NCBI GenBank assembly: GCA_041659445.1
Contig: JBAZYG010000001.1
Location: 60,001 to 92,000 of the forward strand
Origin: Candidatus Saccharimonadota bacterium
GTDB taxonomy: Archaea; Nanobdellota; Nanobdellia; Pacearchaeales; GW2011-AR1
Direction: 5' to 3'
DNA: 32,000 bases
Shown here one piece after another: positions 1-7,411 of the stretch; within the stretch, counting starts at the first letter, position 1; every line of letters begins with the position of its first letter. The notes below the pieces were generated by a model that saw only the letters and a program-made list of their open reading frames with translations, was not told the DNA's origin and made no database searches. A program made the translations under genes and the position numbers.

Positions 1-468
1 TTTTGGTTTTTCATTTGAATATCCTATTGGAAAGATTGCTTCGATATTGGAATTTTCTGGAATTTTTAAAAGTGTTTTTATTTTTTCTTCATCAAAATAT
101 CCTATCCAGCATGTTGAAAGTTCAAATTCAGTTAGCTTTAATAAAAAATTTTGGATTGCAGCACCTGATTGTTGATGTGAAAATTTTTTTCCTGTTTTTT
201 CTCCATAAGCATTAATTGTTCTTGAAGGGTTTGATAAAAACACAACGCAGTATTCTGATTGTGCAATAAAATCTTGCGAAGAATAATCTGCTATTTTTGA
301 AATTTTTTCTTTGTCATCTATTAACATAAAATTTAATGTAAAAATATTTCCAGCCATTGGAGCATATCTTGTAGAATCAATTGCTTCAATTATTTTTTTC
401 CAACTTGGAGATTTTTTCTTGAATTTTCGAATGCTTCTTCTTTCTTGAATTGCTTTGTCTAATTGCAT
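1..468 (-). CDS. Nitroreductase-family protein, N-terminal part (gene runs off the left edge)
   Basis: Absent from the supplied track because there is no stop inside the window. The reverse frame is open from ATG (468-466) to position 1; I checked every triplet. The translation is MQLDKAIQERRSIRKFKKKSPSWKKIIEAIDSTRYAPMAGN...HQQSGAAIQNFLLKLTEFELSTCWIGYFDEEKIKTLLKIPENSNIEAIFPIGY. It has the RRSIRKF opening motif and the G-A-A-x-QN...CW-x-G pattern typical of FMN nitroreductase-fold proteins. Track ORF 3..215(+) is its antisense shadow. Confidence 0.7.
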   Translation of the reverse strand, partial: MQLDKAIQERRSIRKFKKKSPSWKKIIEAIDSTRYAPMAGNIFTLNFMLIDDKEKISKIADYSSQDFIAQSEYCVVFLSNPSRTINAYGEKTGKKFSHQQSGAAIQNFLLKLTEFELSTCWIGYFDEEKIKTLLKIPENSNIEAIFPIGYSNEKPK

Positions 469-509
469 GAAAAATTAAGGAAACCAATATTTAAAAGATT
501 AGTGGAAAA

Positions 510-583
510 CGCCCCGGGAAGGACTCGAACCTTCGACCTAACGGTTAACAGCCGTTCGCTCTAACCGACTGAGCTACCAGGGC
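510..583 (-). tRNA. tRNA-Asn (anticodon GUU), no intron, CCA not encoded
   Basis: GC-rich island in AT-rich DNA. Reverse complement is GCCCTGGTAGCTCAGTCGGTTAGAGCGAACGGCTGTTAACCGTTAGGTCGAAGGTTCGAGTCCTTCCCGGGGCG. It folds as a cloverleaf: 7-bp acceptor stem (GCCCTGG/CCGGGGC with one G-U), D arm GCTC..GAGC, anticodon stem AACGG/CCGTT with loop CTGTTAA, and T arm with GGTTCGAGTCC. Confidence 0.9.
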
Positions 584-632
584 ATAGAAATTTGAAAATA
601 TCTTGTTATTTAAAGGTTTTCTTAATTGATTT

Positions 633-1148
633 TTATTTTTTCTTTTTTTCTTCTTTTAATCCAAAATCAAAAACTGGCTGAATTTGATGTTTTTCTAAGA
701 ATGAATACACATTGCTGTGTTTTGCTCCTTTTGTTAAAGAACTAATTGCTTCAATTGCATTTTTAATGCATTCAGCGTCTCCGATAATCCCAACTCTATT
801 TTCATTTAGTTCAATATTGCATTTTGTTAATGCGCTAATTGTTTGAATTCCTCGTCCTTTTTTTCCAATAATTCTTGCTCTTACTCTGCTTAAATCCTTT
901 GTTCTTGCATAATCTTTTATATTTAATATTTCAAATTCTTTTTCTTCTGTTTTTATAGAAATAGCAGAAGAATAAGGAAATCCAAAATTCAATGCAATAA
1001 TTACTTTTTCTCCGAAGTATTCGTCTTCTGGTTCTCCTTCAATGTTTATTTCTTTTCCACGATTTGTTATCTTTAAATTCAATTCTTTTTCAAGTTTTGT
1101 TTTATTTTTTAAAATTCTTGGTAATTTTTCAGATAGTATTGTTTTCAT
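633..1148 (-). CDS. KH-domain RNA-binding protein (archaeal Dim2/Pno1-like)
   Basis: 171 aa. Has a KH-type GxxG segment (IIGKKGRGIQTISALTKCNIEL) and a second KH-like half. It starts 2 nt after the aIF-1A stop, so it is probably co-transcribed. Confidence 0.8.
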   Translation of the reverse strand: MKTILSEKLPRILKNKTKLEKELNLKITNRGKEINIEGEPEDEYFGEKVIIALNFGFPYSSAISIKTEEKEFEILNIKDYARTKDLSRVRARIIGKKGRGIQTISALTKCNIELNENRVGIIGDAECIKNAIEAISSLTKGAKHSNVYSFLEKHQIQPVFDFGLKEEKKKK

Positions 1149-1150
1149 TT

Positions 1151-1477
1151 TTAGAATTCATTTGTTTCTTTTTCTAGATAACCATTTTGTTTTAACCAAG
1201 CAATTTGAGAAGGTTTGTATTTTAAGATCACATCGCCTTTTTCCTTGTCCAATTCCCAGAATTCTACAATTACAATATCTCCAGGTCTTAACCATAATTC
1301 TCTTTTTAATCTTCCTGGAACTCGGCAATTTCTTTCTTTTCCGTCGACGCAAGAGACTTTCATTTTATTTCCTCCATGTCGTTCTTCAATAATTCCAATT
1401 ATTTGATTTGCTTTTGGCAATGGTGCTCTTGATATTTGAGGTGCTTCTGAATCTTCTTCGTTTCTAAATTGTCTCAT
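1151..1477 (-). CDS. eif1a: Translation initiation factor aIF-1A
   Basis: 108 aa. S1/OB core VSCVDGKERNCRVPGRLKRELWLRPGDIVIVEFWELDKEKGDVILKY is typical of a/eIF-1A. TATA-like TTTATAAG (1499-1506) lies 22 nt from the ATG. Confidence 0.9.
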   Translation of the reverse strand: MRQFRNEEDSEAPQISRAPLPKANQIIGIIEERHGGNKMKVSCVDGKERNCRVPGRLKRELWLRPGDIVIVEFWELDKEKGDVILKYKPSQIAWLKQNGYLEKETNEF

Positions 1478-1498
1478 ATTATTTTAATCAAAAAAGAG

Positions 1499-1506
1499 TT
1501 TATAAG
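1499..1506 (-). promoter_or_regulatory. TATA box for aIF-1A/KH transcription unit
   Basis: An A/T octamer of TTTATAA type lies 22 nt upstream of the ATG at 1477. The same spacing is seen at most genes in this window. Confidence 0.5.
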
Positions 1507-1516
1507 TTTGATGGGT

Positions 1517-1939
1517 TTATGGAAAAAGATATTTTTCTTTTAATGAAGGGTTTATTATTAAAGGGTCTAAGTTTTTACTTGCATTTATTCCAGGCTCATT
1601 GTAATAAATAATGCATAATCTATCAAAAGGCAATCTTCCTTCCATTCTGCCTCGAGTTCCAATTAAATCAGATTCTAAATTACTTTTGCTAATTTCAAGA
1701 AATTTTTCAAACCTTGAATTTTCTATTTCTATAAAAAGTTTCTCTAAACAATTTTTATTTTTTGAATAAGAAATATTTATTTCTTTTTTATTTGAATTAT
1801 TTTTTATTTTTAATTGAATTAATATTTGTTTTTCTCCAAAAGATAAGCATTCTATTATTTTTCCTTGTTGTAAATCTGGAATATCTGTTTCATATAAATT
1901 TATTCCTAAGAAATTTATTCCAGTATATTTTGCAATCAT
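1517..1939 (-). CDS. Hypothetical protein (140 aa)
   Basis: Long ATG-initiated ORF packed tightly between neighbours on the same strand. I recognise no motif. Confidence 0.55.
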   Translation of the reverse strand: MIAKYTGINFLGINLYETDIPDLQQGKIIECLSFGEKQILIQLKIKNNSNKKEINISYSKNKNCLEKLFIEIENSRFEKFLEISKSNLESDLIGTRGRMEGRLPFDRLCIIYYNEPGINASKNLDPLIINPSLKEKYLFP

Positions 1940-1951
1940 ATTTTCAATCCT

Positions 1952-2353
1952 TTATTTTATGTTCCCTTCAAATTCCTCAAATGAAGAAATCTCATAAAAT
2001 TGTGTTTTTGTTTCTATTCTTTTTTTTGATAATGATAGGACCTTTTGTAATGGTTCTTTCATTGGATCTTTTAAAAAAATTTCTTTATTTAGGTTATCCC
2101 AATAATGAAAAGTAAAATAATCATAATTTTTATCTTTTTCAATTGATTCCAATTTCATATTATGACAACAATGAACTCTATATCTTCCTATCTTTTTTTC
2201 ATCTTCCCAAACAAGTATTTGAAAAGAATCCCAAACTTTATGTCTTGGATTTTTATATGCAGGAACTAGTCCATAATCTTCTTTTAAAATTTTTATTACT
2301 CTTTCAAATAAGTTTTCTTCAACAGGAAATATAATTAACTGGGATAATATCAT
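1952..2353 (-). CDS. Hypothetical protein (133 aa)
   Basis: ATG-initiated ORF on the same strand as its neighbours. I recognise no motif. Confidence 0.55.
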   Translation of the reverse strand: MILSQLIIFPVEENLFERVIKILKEDYGLVPAYKNPRHKVWDSFQILVWEDEKKIGRYRVHCCHNMKLESIEKDKNYDYFTFHYWDNLNKEIFLKDPMKEPLQKVLSLSKKRIETKTQFYEISSFEEFEGNIK

Positions 2354-2394
2354 ATTTTTTTAAAATATTATCTGTTTATAAGAATTATTACATT

Positions 2395-2691
2395 TTATAA
2401 CAAAACCATTGCATAAGGAATTCCTGCAATTTCTAGTACACCTTCAGGATTTATTATTTTTGCTTCAATTGCTGCTTGGACTGATTTTTTTCCAACAATA
2501 TTAAATGTGGCATCTTCAAGAGACATTTTTTTCATTATTTCAATTGCTTCTGATTTTGTCATTTCATTTCCCTTGTAGAAATTTTCTTTTACATCTAATT
2601 GAAATTTTTCTGTTTCAAATTTTTGTCCAATTAGTTCTTTGTCGCATATTGCAACAACATACCTGTAAGAATGAATTATATTAACAAACAT
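2395..2691 (-). CDS. DUF424-family protein
   Basis: 98 aa. The pattern (VVAICDKELIGQKFE...LDV...FY.G...ATFNIVGKKSV...GIPYAMV) resembles the small archaeal DUF424 family. As I recall, this family commonly sits next to aIF-2 beta. Confidence 0.65.
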   Translation of the reverse strand: MFVNIIHSYRYVVAICDKELIGQKFETEKFQLDVKENFYKGNEMTKSEAIEIMKKMSLEDATFNIVGKKSVQAAIEAKIINPEGVLEIAGIPYAMVLL

Positions 2692-2721
2692 AAATAAAAA
2701 ATAAAAAAATACTTTAAAAGC

Positions 2722-2895
2722 TTATTTGTTTTTTGCTGCAAAATCCTTACTGACAACTCTCCAACATTCATGAGTTCCAGCAGGAGACTTAGCTACAGCA
2801 AAGTTTCTTCCGCTTTTATTAACAATTTTATACTCAGATGTTTTAAACTTCTTTTTAGTTTTAACATCAAAAAATTCAATTTGTTCTTTTGCCAT
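2722..2895 (-). CDS. Small Lys-rich protein, 57 aa (not in supplied track)
   Basis: ATG 2895-2893 to TAA 2724-2722, encoding MAKEQIEFFDVKTKKKFKTSEYKIVNKSGRNFAVAKSPAGTHECWRVVSKDFAAKNK. The coding-strand context is CAGGAGGAAAAATG, with AGGAGG at 2900-2905. An A/T box (2941-2950) lies about 45 nt upstream. Confidence 0.65.
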   Translation of the reverse strand: MAKEQIEFFDVKTKKKFKTSEYKIVNKSGRNFAVAKSPAGTHECWRVVSKDFAAKNK

Positions 2896-2979
2896 TTTTC
2901 CTCCTGTTTTATTTCCCCTATCTTTTTCTTATGTTTTCATGTTTTTTAAAGCTTGTGAGAAGAAGATTTTTGAAGAATT

Positions 2980-3013
2980 TTAAATTTTACTTCGTATTGG
3001 ATGTTTTGCTCCG
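2980..3013. repeat. Direct repeat copy 1: exact 34-bp duplicate of the aIF-2 beta 3' end, lying downstream of the gene
   Basis: ttaaattttacttcgtattggatgttttgctccg is identical to 3035-3068. The copies are separated by a 21-nt, relatively GC-rich spacer, aacttcgtggcgtaacaaaac. Confidence 0.95.
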
Positions 3014-3034
3014 AACTTCGTGGCGTAACAAAAC

Positions 3035-3068
3035 TTAAATTTTACTTCGTATTGGATGTTTTGCTCCG
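3035..3068. repeat. Direct repeat copy 2 (last 10 codons plus stop of aIF-2 beta)
   Basis: Identical to 2980-3013. On the minus strand it encodes GAKHPIRSKI followed by the stop. Confidence 0.95.
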
Positions 3069-3445
3069 CAAGCAAGACATCTTAAAACAGATAATTTATC
3101 TTCTTTTACAATTTCTGTATCTGGTTTATTGCATTCTTTGCACAAGACAAATTCTTCTGTGTATTGTTCTATTTTTTGATTTATTTTTTTACTAGGAACA
3201 GTATTGTTTAAAATTAATCTATCACCATCTCTTTGTCCAGAAGTTGCTAATTCTTTAAGTAAAAATTTTAAAAAATGTTCTGGATCTCTTCTTAAATAAG
3301 AAGACACTTGTGAAAAGTTTGTTAAAATTGTTCTTTTTCCTTCAAAGTGGCCTTCGGCTTTTGGAATCTCAAATCTATCGCCGTTGTGTTCAACTTGTTT
3401 TACTTGAGAATATGCTTTGTTTAATAATTGTTCGTAATTTTCCAT
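3035..3445 (-). CDS. eif2b: Translation initiation factor aIF-2 beta subunit
   Basis: 136 aa. Has the C-terminal zinc-ribbon pattern CKECNKPDT...CLACGA and the central FLLKELATSG segment typical of a/eIF-2 beta. Confidence 0.9.
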   Translation of the reverse strand: MENYEQLLNKAYSQVKQVEHNGDRFEIPKAEGHFEGKRTILTNFSQVSSYLRRDPEHFLKFLLKELATSGQRDGDRLILNNTVPSKKINQKIEQYTEEFVLCKECNKPDTEIVKEDKLSVLRCLACGAKHPIRSKI

Positions 3446-3466
3446 GATTATGTTTATGCCTTTTGA

Positions 3467-3485
3467 TTTATAAAGGTTTATAAAT
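3467..3485. promoter_or_regulatory. Back-to-back TATA boxes of divergent aIF-2 beta and 3506 ORF
   Basis: TTTATAAA at 3467-3474 lies 22 nt from the minus-strand ATG at 3445. TTTATAAA at 3478-3485 lies 21 nt from the plus-strand ATG at 3506. Confidence 0.55.
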
Positions 3486-3505
3486 AAACAATTCTCTGAA
3501 TTTTT

Positions 3506-3844
3506 ATGGTAAAAATTAGCGGAACAAAACTTAGAAGAGAAAAAAGAACATTAGCAAGAAAGTTAATTAGAGAAGCGTTTAAAGAAGATAAAGTTAATTG
3601 GGTTTCTTGTGTTTTTGGAGATCCTATTTTTCCAGACATGCTTGTAAATGATCATCTTGGAGTTGATATGATTAGATTTCCATTTGTTAATTATAAAAGA
3701 GATCTTCGTGTAAATTTTGAAGGGTATCCTGTAATTGAAGTTTATAATCCAGCTTTTAGTTCTCAAGCAAAAGTAATTCAAGAATTATATCTTGAAAAAA
3801 GAAAAAAAGCAGAAATAAGATATTTTTTTAATAATTTTGATTAA
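3506..3844 (+). CDS. Hypothetical protein (112 aa)
   Basis: ATG ORF with a correctly spaced TATA box. I recognise no motif. Confidence 0.55.
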   Translation: MVKISGTKLRREKRTLARKLIREAFKEDKVNWVSCVFGDPIFPDMLVNDHLGVDMIRFPFVNYKRDLRVNFEGYPVIEVYNPAFSSQAKVIQELYLEKRKKAEIRYFFNNFD

Positions 3845-4470
3845 CCTAAATATCTTAATCTTCCTGGACGTGGTTCAAAAATAATTCCTTCTTCAAGTAA
3901 TTTTTGTATTTCTTGATTTATTATTTCTGGAGAAGCTTCATGAAAATTTAATATTATTTTTTCAGTTTCAAATCCACCTTGTTCTTCTGAATTTTTTATT
4001 TTATCTAGAATTTTGTCTTTTAATGCTTTTACTTCTTTTTGAGGCATTTCATTTGATTTTTCTTTTCTTGTTTTTTCTAATTCTAATTTTCTTATTAAAA
4101 GATATTTTGGGTTTGCTTCTTGAATTATTTCTGGTTGTATATAAGTTTCATCATTCCAATTTCTTAAAACTCCAATTACAATTACTGTTTGTCCTTGTGA
4201 AATTCCTCGAAATTTTTCAGAATCTTCACCAAATATTTTTAATTTTATTTGGCCAGAACCATCATCTAACGTGAAGAAAATGTATTTTGTATCTGAAGGA
4301 CTTTCGAATTTATCAACAATATTTCCAATTAAATTTGTTCTAATTATTTTCTTGTTTCCTAACTCTAAAAAACTAAATCTGTTTTGTTCATCAAATATTG
4401 GTTTTCCTAAAAATAGTTCTCCGATTCGAAATTTGTATGCTACATTTCTTTTGAATTGTTGTTCTGCCAT
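3841..4470 (-). CDS. OB-fold plus C-terminal winged-helix protein, RPA32/Stn1-like single-stranded DNA-binding subunit candidate
   Basis: 209 aa. The pattern NLIGNIVDKFESPSDTKYIFFTLDDGSGQIKLKIFGED...GQTVIVIGVLRNWNDETYIQPEII matches the RPA2-type OB fold (V.G.V...lDDgtG.i....f...G..V.V.G.lr). The C-terminal part (ETEKIILNFHEASPEIINQEIQKLLEEGIIFEPRPGRLRYL) looks like a winged helix. Confidence 0.55.
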   Translation of the reverse strand: MAEQQFKRNVAYKFRIGELFLGKPIFDEQNRFSFLELGNKKIIRTNLIGNIVDKFESPSDTKYIFFTLDDGSGQIKLKIFGEDSEKFRGISQGQTVIVIGVLRNWNDETYIQPEIIQEANPKYLLIRKLELEKTRKEKSNEMPQKEVKALKDKILDKIKNSEEQGGFETEKIILNFHEASPEIINQEIQKLLEEGIIFEPRPGRLRYLG

Positions 4471-4562
4471 GTTTGATAGAAGAAATGTCCTTTTTTAAAG
4501 ATTTATGAATATTTTTAGATAGTAATGGAAAATTATTTAAACTGAATTTAGTTTTTTAAAAG

Positions 4563-4778
4563 ATGATTAAATCCTTGGAAATTCTTATGGTCATGAATTT
4601 TAGAAATTTAGAAAGTGTTAATATCTCGCCTAATGAATACTCTATTCTTTCTAATAGAGAAATGGACAATATGAAAAACAAATTTTCTAAGGTTAAATTT
4701 CCTGGATATAAAGAATTTAAAAGTAATAAAAAACCATTTTATAGAAGATTATATTATTTTAAGAAAATTGAGAATTAA
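4563..4778 (+). CDS. Hypothetical small protein (71 aa), weakly supported
   Basis: It is the only ORF filling a roughly 300-nt gap. I recognise no motif and the composition is low-complexity. Confidence 0.3.
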   Translation: MIKSLEILMVMNFRNLESVNISPNEYSILSNREMDNMKNKFSKVKFPGYKEFKSNKKPFYRRLYYFKKIEN

Positions 4779-5149
4779 ATTGATTCAAATGACTTTGTAA
4801 GAATTTTTCTTAATCCACCTTCAGTTTTTAAAGCTTTTTTAGGGTTTTCTAATGACTCTAAAACATTTCTGATTTCACATGTTAAAGCAAAAAAATTAAC
4901 ATTTTTTTCATCGTCAATAGAATTTTTTACTGCAGAGTTAATCATATTTTGTAATGGAACCTCTTCACATAATCTTAAAGATTCTTCATCAGAGATGTTT
5001 TCTGCAATAACTTTTAATTTTTCATTTTTTGGATTATGCATTTCTAAAAAATTGTTTTTATCTCTATAAGATACTCTGAATCTGTTTCCTGCATATGCTC
5101 CAGCTTTTTCAGTATATTCAAAAACTACTTCATATCTTTCTTCAACCAT
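4775..5149 (-). CDS. Hypothetical protein (124 aa)
   Basis: ATG ORF lying between the RPA-like gene and MCM. I recognise no motif. Confidence 0.55.
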   Translation of the reverse strand: MVEERYEVVFEYTEKAGAYAGNRFRVSYRDKNNFLEMHNPKNEKLKVIAENISDEESLRLCEEVPLQNMINSAVKNSIDDEKNVNFFALTCEIRNVLESLENPKKALKTEGGLRKILTKSFESI

Positions 5150-5245
5150 GAATCTTTAGATTTAATTTGGTTTTTAAATATTTGTATACTTTATTTTTTA
5201 TCTTTTAGATAGTCTATTACTTTATCTAATATCTTATTAATCATT

Positions 5246-7327
5246 TTAATTTCTTCTTGAGACTATACTGACATGTCCTTGTTTTGGTGTAAATATTGTT
5301 CCTTCTTGTTTTAGTTTTTCAATTGCATCGTCTATTTCTTCTGAATTTAATTTTCCTTGAAGTTTCTCTTCGACTTTTTCAATTGGAATATATTCTCCGA
5401 ATTCTTCTCTTAATGAGAAAATAGCATCTCTTACAATAAAAATTTTATTTCTTTGACTTGAACGCATTTTTCCAGAAATTTTATCTAAATCAATTTCTCC
5501 TGTTTCTTCGTCGAATCCAACTTGTTCTAAATAATATTTCATTAATTTAATTGAACTTTCAGCATCTTTTTCTTCAACTTTTGGACTTAATCTTAATTTT
5601 GCTGAAGCTTCTGCCATTCTTATCAATGCTCCTAATTGTCGTGCAGAAATTGGAATTGTTCTCATTTCAATTCCTTCTTTCATTGGCTTGTTTCTTAAAT
5701 TTACATAAAATTCTTTTATTTTTTTTACAGCTTCGTCTGTTAATTGAGGACTTATTTTTTGCTTTGCATAAGCCACATATTTTCTAAATAAATCTCTATC
5801 AATTGTCATTTCTTTTGCTTCTGTTTGATGTTCTGTTAAAATGTGTGTTGCAATTTTTTCATCATTAGCTTTGTTTGGAATATCTCTTAATGAAAAAATT
5901 AAATCAAATCTGTTAATTAATGTTGGAGGTAAATCCATTTGTTGAGGAATTCCTTGAGTTGGGTCAAATCTTCCGAATTTAGGATTTGCAGCTGCAAGAA
6001 CAGATGTTTGAGCTTTTAATGTTGCTTGCACATTTGCTTTTGAAATTGTGACTGTTTGTTGTTCCATTGCTTCGTGCATAGCACTTCTATCTGTTGGGTC
6101 CATTTTTTCTAATTCATCTATGCAAACTAATCCTTTATTTGAAAGAACCATTGCTCCTGCTTCTAAAGACCATCCTTTTAAGTATTCATCTCGGACAACT
6201 GTTGCTGTTAAACCTGCACCTGAAGTTGATTTTCCGACGACATATCTTCCTTTTGGAGAAATATTTGCCATGAATCCTAAGATTACAGATTTTGCAACAC
6301 CTGGATCTCCAATAATTAAAATGTGCATGTCTCCTCTTGTTTTTTGCCCGTCGATTCTTTTTTTCTGCACTCCACCGAATAATTGTAAAACTAAAGATTG
6401 TTTTATTTCTTTATAACCCCAAACACTTGGAGCAACACTATCAGATAATTTTTTAAGAATTTCTGGGTCTTGAGATAATTCAATTATTTGTTGTTCGTCT
6501 TCGTCGTTTATGTTTAATTCTTCAAAAGTTTCTTCTAAAGGAATTAAATTATTTGCTTCTAATGCTAATTCAAATCGTGTTGATAATCCTCCTGTTGTTA
6601 ATGGGACTGGAACTTCTTTTAAAATTCCAATAACTTTTATTCTTGCTCCTGGAGTTGTTTTTTCCTCCATTTTTGGTTCAACTAAATCTTCTTTAACAAA
6701 AACGTTCATTCTTTTTGGTTGCTCTCCTCCTGTTAACATATCTGGAGCTTCTTCAATGATTAATCTTTGAGTGTCTACCATTTCTTTTGAAACTAATCTA
6801 AATCCTCCTCTTCTACCACAAGAACAACGTGAAGGTTCTCGAAATTTTTTTTCAATTTGCAATACAGAAATTATTGTTCCGCAAGAAGGGCATTCGAATT
6901 TCGCGTTTACAACTTGAGGTCTTACATCAGAAGATTGTCTTATAATTCCTTCAATTACAATTAATTCATTTAAATGCTTTGAACGTATGTTTCTTACTTT
7001 GACATCTTGGCTTTCTGGAAGATTAAAAAGTCGAACTCTAATTCCACCTGCTTCTGCATTTAATCCAAAACCCATTTCTTCAATTGCTAATTCTATTAAT
7101 CTTAAGGCTTCTTCTGGGTTAGCTAAAACTTCATCTGAAAGTTGATTTGAAAATTCAGACATTATCATAAAGTCAATAAAAACCACGTTTTTTTCGCTTC
7201 TTAAAGATTCTCCAAGCTGTTTTTTGTAAAAATCAATGAAACTCTTTGCTTCAATTAAAAGTTCTTCTTGCTTTGAAGATTGCTCTTTTAGATTCTTGTC
7301 TTCATTTATTTCTTGCTCTTCTTCCAT
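5246..7327 (-). CDS. mcm: MCM replicative helicase
   Basis: 693 aa. Motifs present: zinc motif CPSCG...CSCG, Walker A GDPGVAKS, Walker B CIDELEKM, arginine-finger region NRFDLIFSL, and a C-terminal winged-helix-like tail. There is no intein-sized insertion. Confidence 0.95.
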   Translation of the reverse strand: MEEEQEINEDKNLKEQSSKQEELLIEAKSFIDFYKKQLGESLRSEKNVVFIDFMIMSEFSNQLSDEVLANPEEALRLIELAIEEMGFGLNAEAGGIRVRLFNLPESQDVKVRNIRSKHLNELIVIEGIIRQSSDVRPQVVNAKFECPSCGTIISVLQIEKKFREPSRCSCGRRGGFRLVSKEMVDTQRLIIEEAPDMLTGGEQPKRMNVFVKEDLVEPKMEEKTTPGARIKVIGILKEVPVPLTTGGLSTRFELALEANNLIPLEETFEELNINDEDEQQIIELSQDPEILKKLSDSVAPSVWGYKEIKQSLVLQLFGGVQKKRIDGQKTRGDMHILIIGDPGVAKSVILGFMANISPKGRYVVGKSTSGAGLTATVVRDEYLKGWSLEAGAMVLSNKGLVCIDELEKMDPTDRSAMHEAMEQQTVTISKANVQATLKAQTSVLAAANPKFGRFDPTQGIPQQMDLPPTLINRFDLIFSLRDIPNKANDEKIATHILTEHQTEAKEMTIDRDLFRKYVAYAKQKISPQLTDEAVKKIKEFYVNLRNKPMKEGIEMRTIPISARQLGALIRMAEASAKLRLSPKVEEKDAESSIKLMKYYLEQVGFDEETGEIDLDKISGKMRSSQRNKIFIVRDAIFSLREEFGEYIPIEKVEEKLQGKLNSEEIDDAIEKLKQEGTIFTPKQGHVSIVSRRN

Positions 7328-7348
7328 GTTAAATCATAGAATAAAGCA

Positions 7349-7358
7349 TTTTTATAGA
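7349..7358 (-). promoter_or_regulatory. TATA box for MCM
   Basis: The coding strand reads TCTATAAAAA, about 23 nt upstream of the ATG at 7327. Confidence 0.5.
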
Positions 7359-7411
7359 TTTATGTATATTAATTAGTAGTTTAAAAAAGATATTTTAGAT
7401 AAATTCACTTT

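Noticed and set aside
3-215. Numerous Phe/Leu/Ile-rich ORFs in the track lie antisense to, or out of frame within, recognised genes. They are 3..215, 1042..1392, 1158..1352, 1215..1406, 1762..2115, 2143..2334, 3001..3195, 3563..3781, 4023..4274, 4271..4498, 5551..5787, 6048..6416 and 6510..6770. Also 9062..9307, 10649..10951, 11082..11264, 11399..11587, 15284..15493, 15582..15962, 16113..16328, 17014..17199, 17645..17842, 18289..18825 and 18999..19202. Also 20009..20200, 21167..21430, 22712..22954, 23749..23970, 24450..24668, 26299..26643, 28075..28257 and 29642..29917.
   Set aside because: Each lies entirely or mostly inside a longer ORF with recognisable motifs. Their F/L/S-rich low-complexity translations are what antisense or out-of-frame reading of Lys/Glu/Asn-rich A+T-rich genes produces. 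None has a correctly spaced A/T box.
3014-3034. The GC-richer spacer between the aIF-2 beta repeats (aacttcgtggcgtaacaaaac) was considered as a tRNA fragment or small structured RNA gene.
   Set aside because: There is no cloverleaf, no T-loop GTTCRANYC match and no C/D or H/ACA box arrangement. Only a modest hairpin with the neighbouring repeat can be drawn. It is kept as part of the repeat finding rather than called an RNA gene.
5246-7327. MCM, DNA ligase, MetRS and ValRS were checked for inteins, frameshifts or internal stops. aRF1 (363 aa) was checked for truncation linked to the 3' repeat.
   Set aside because: All are single uninterrupted ORFs of plausible length with motifs in canonical order and no intein-sized inserts. 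aRF1 retains NIKS, YxCxxxF, GGQ and a complete-looking C-terminus.
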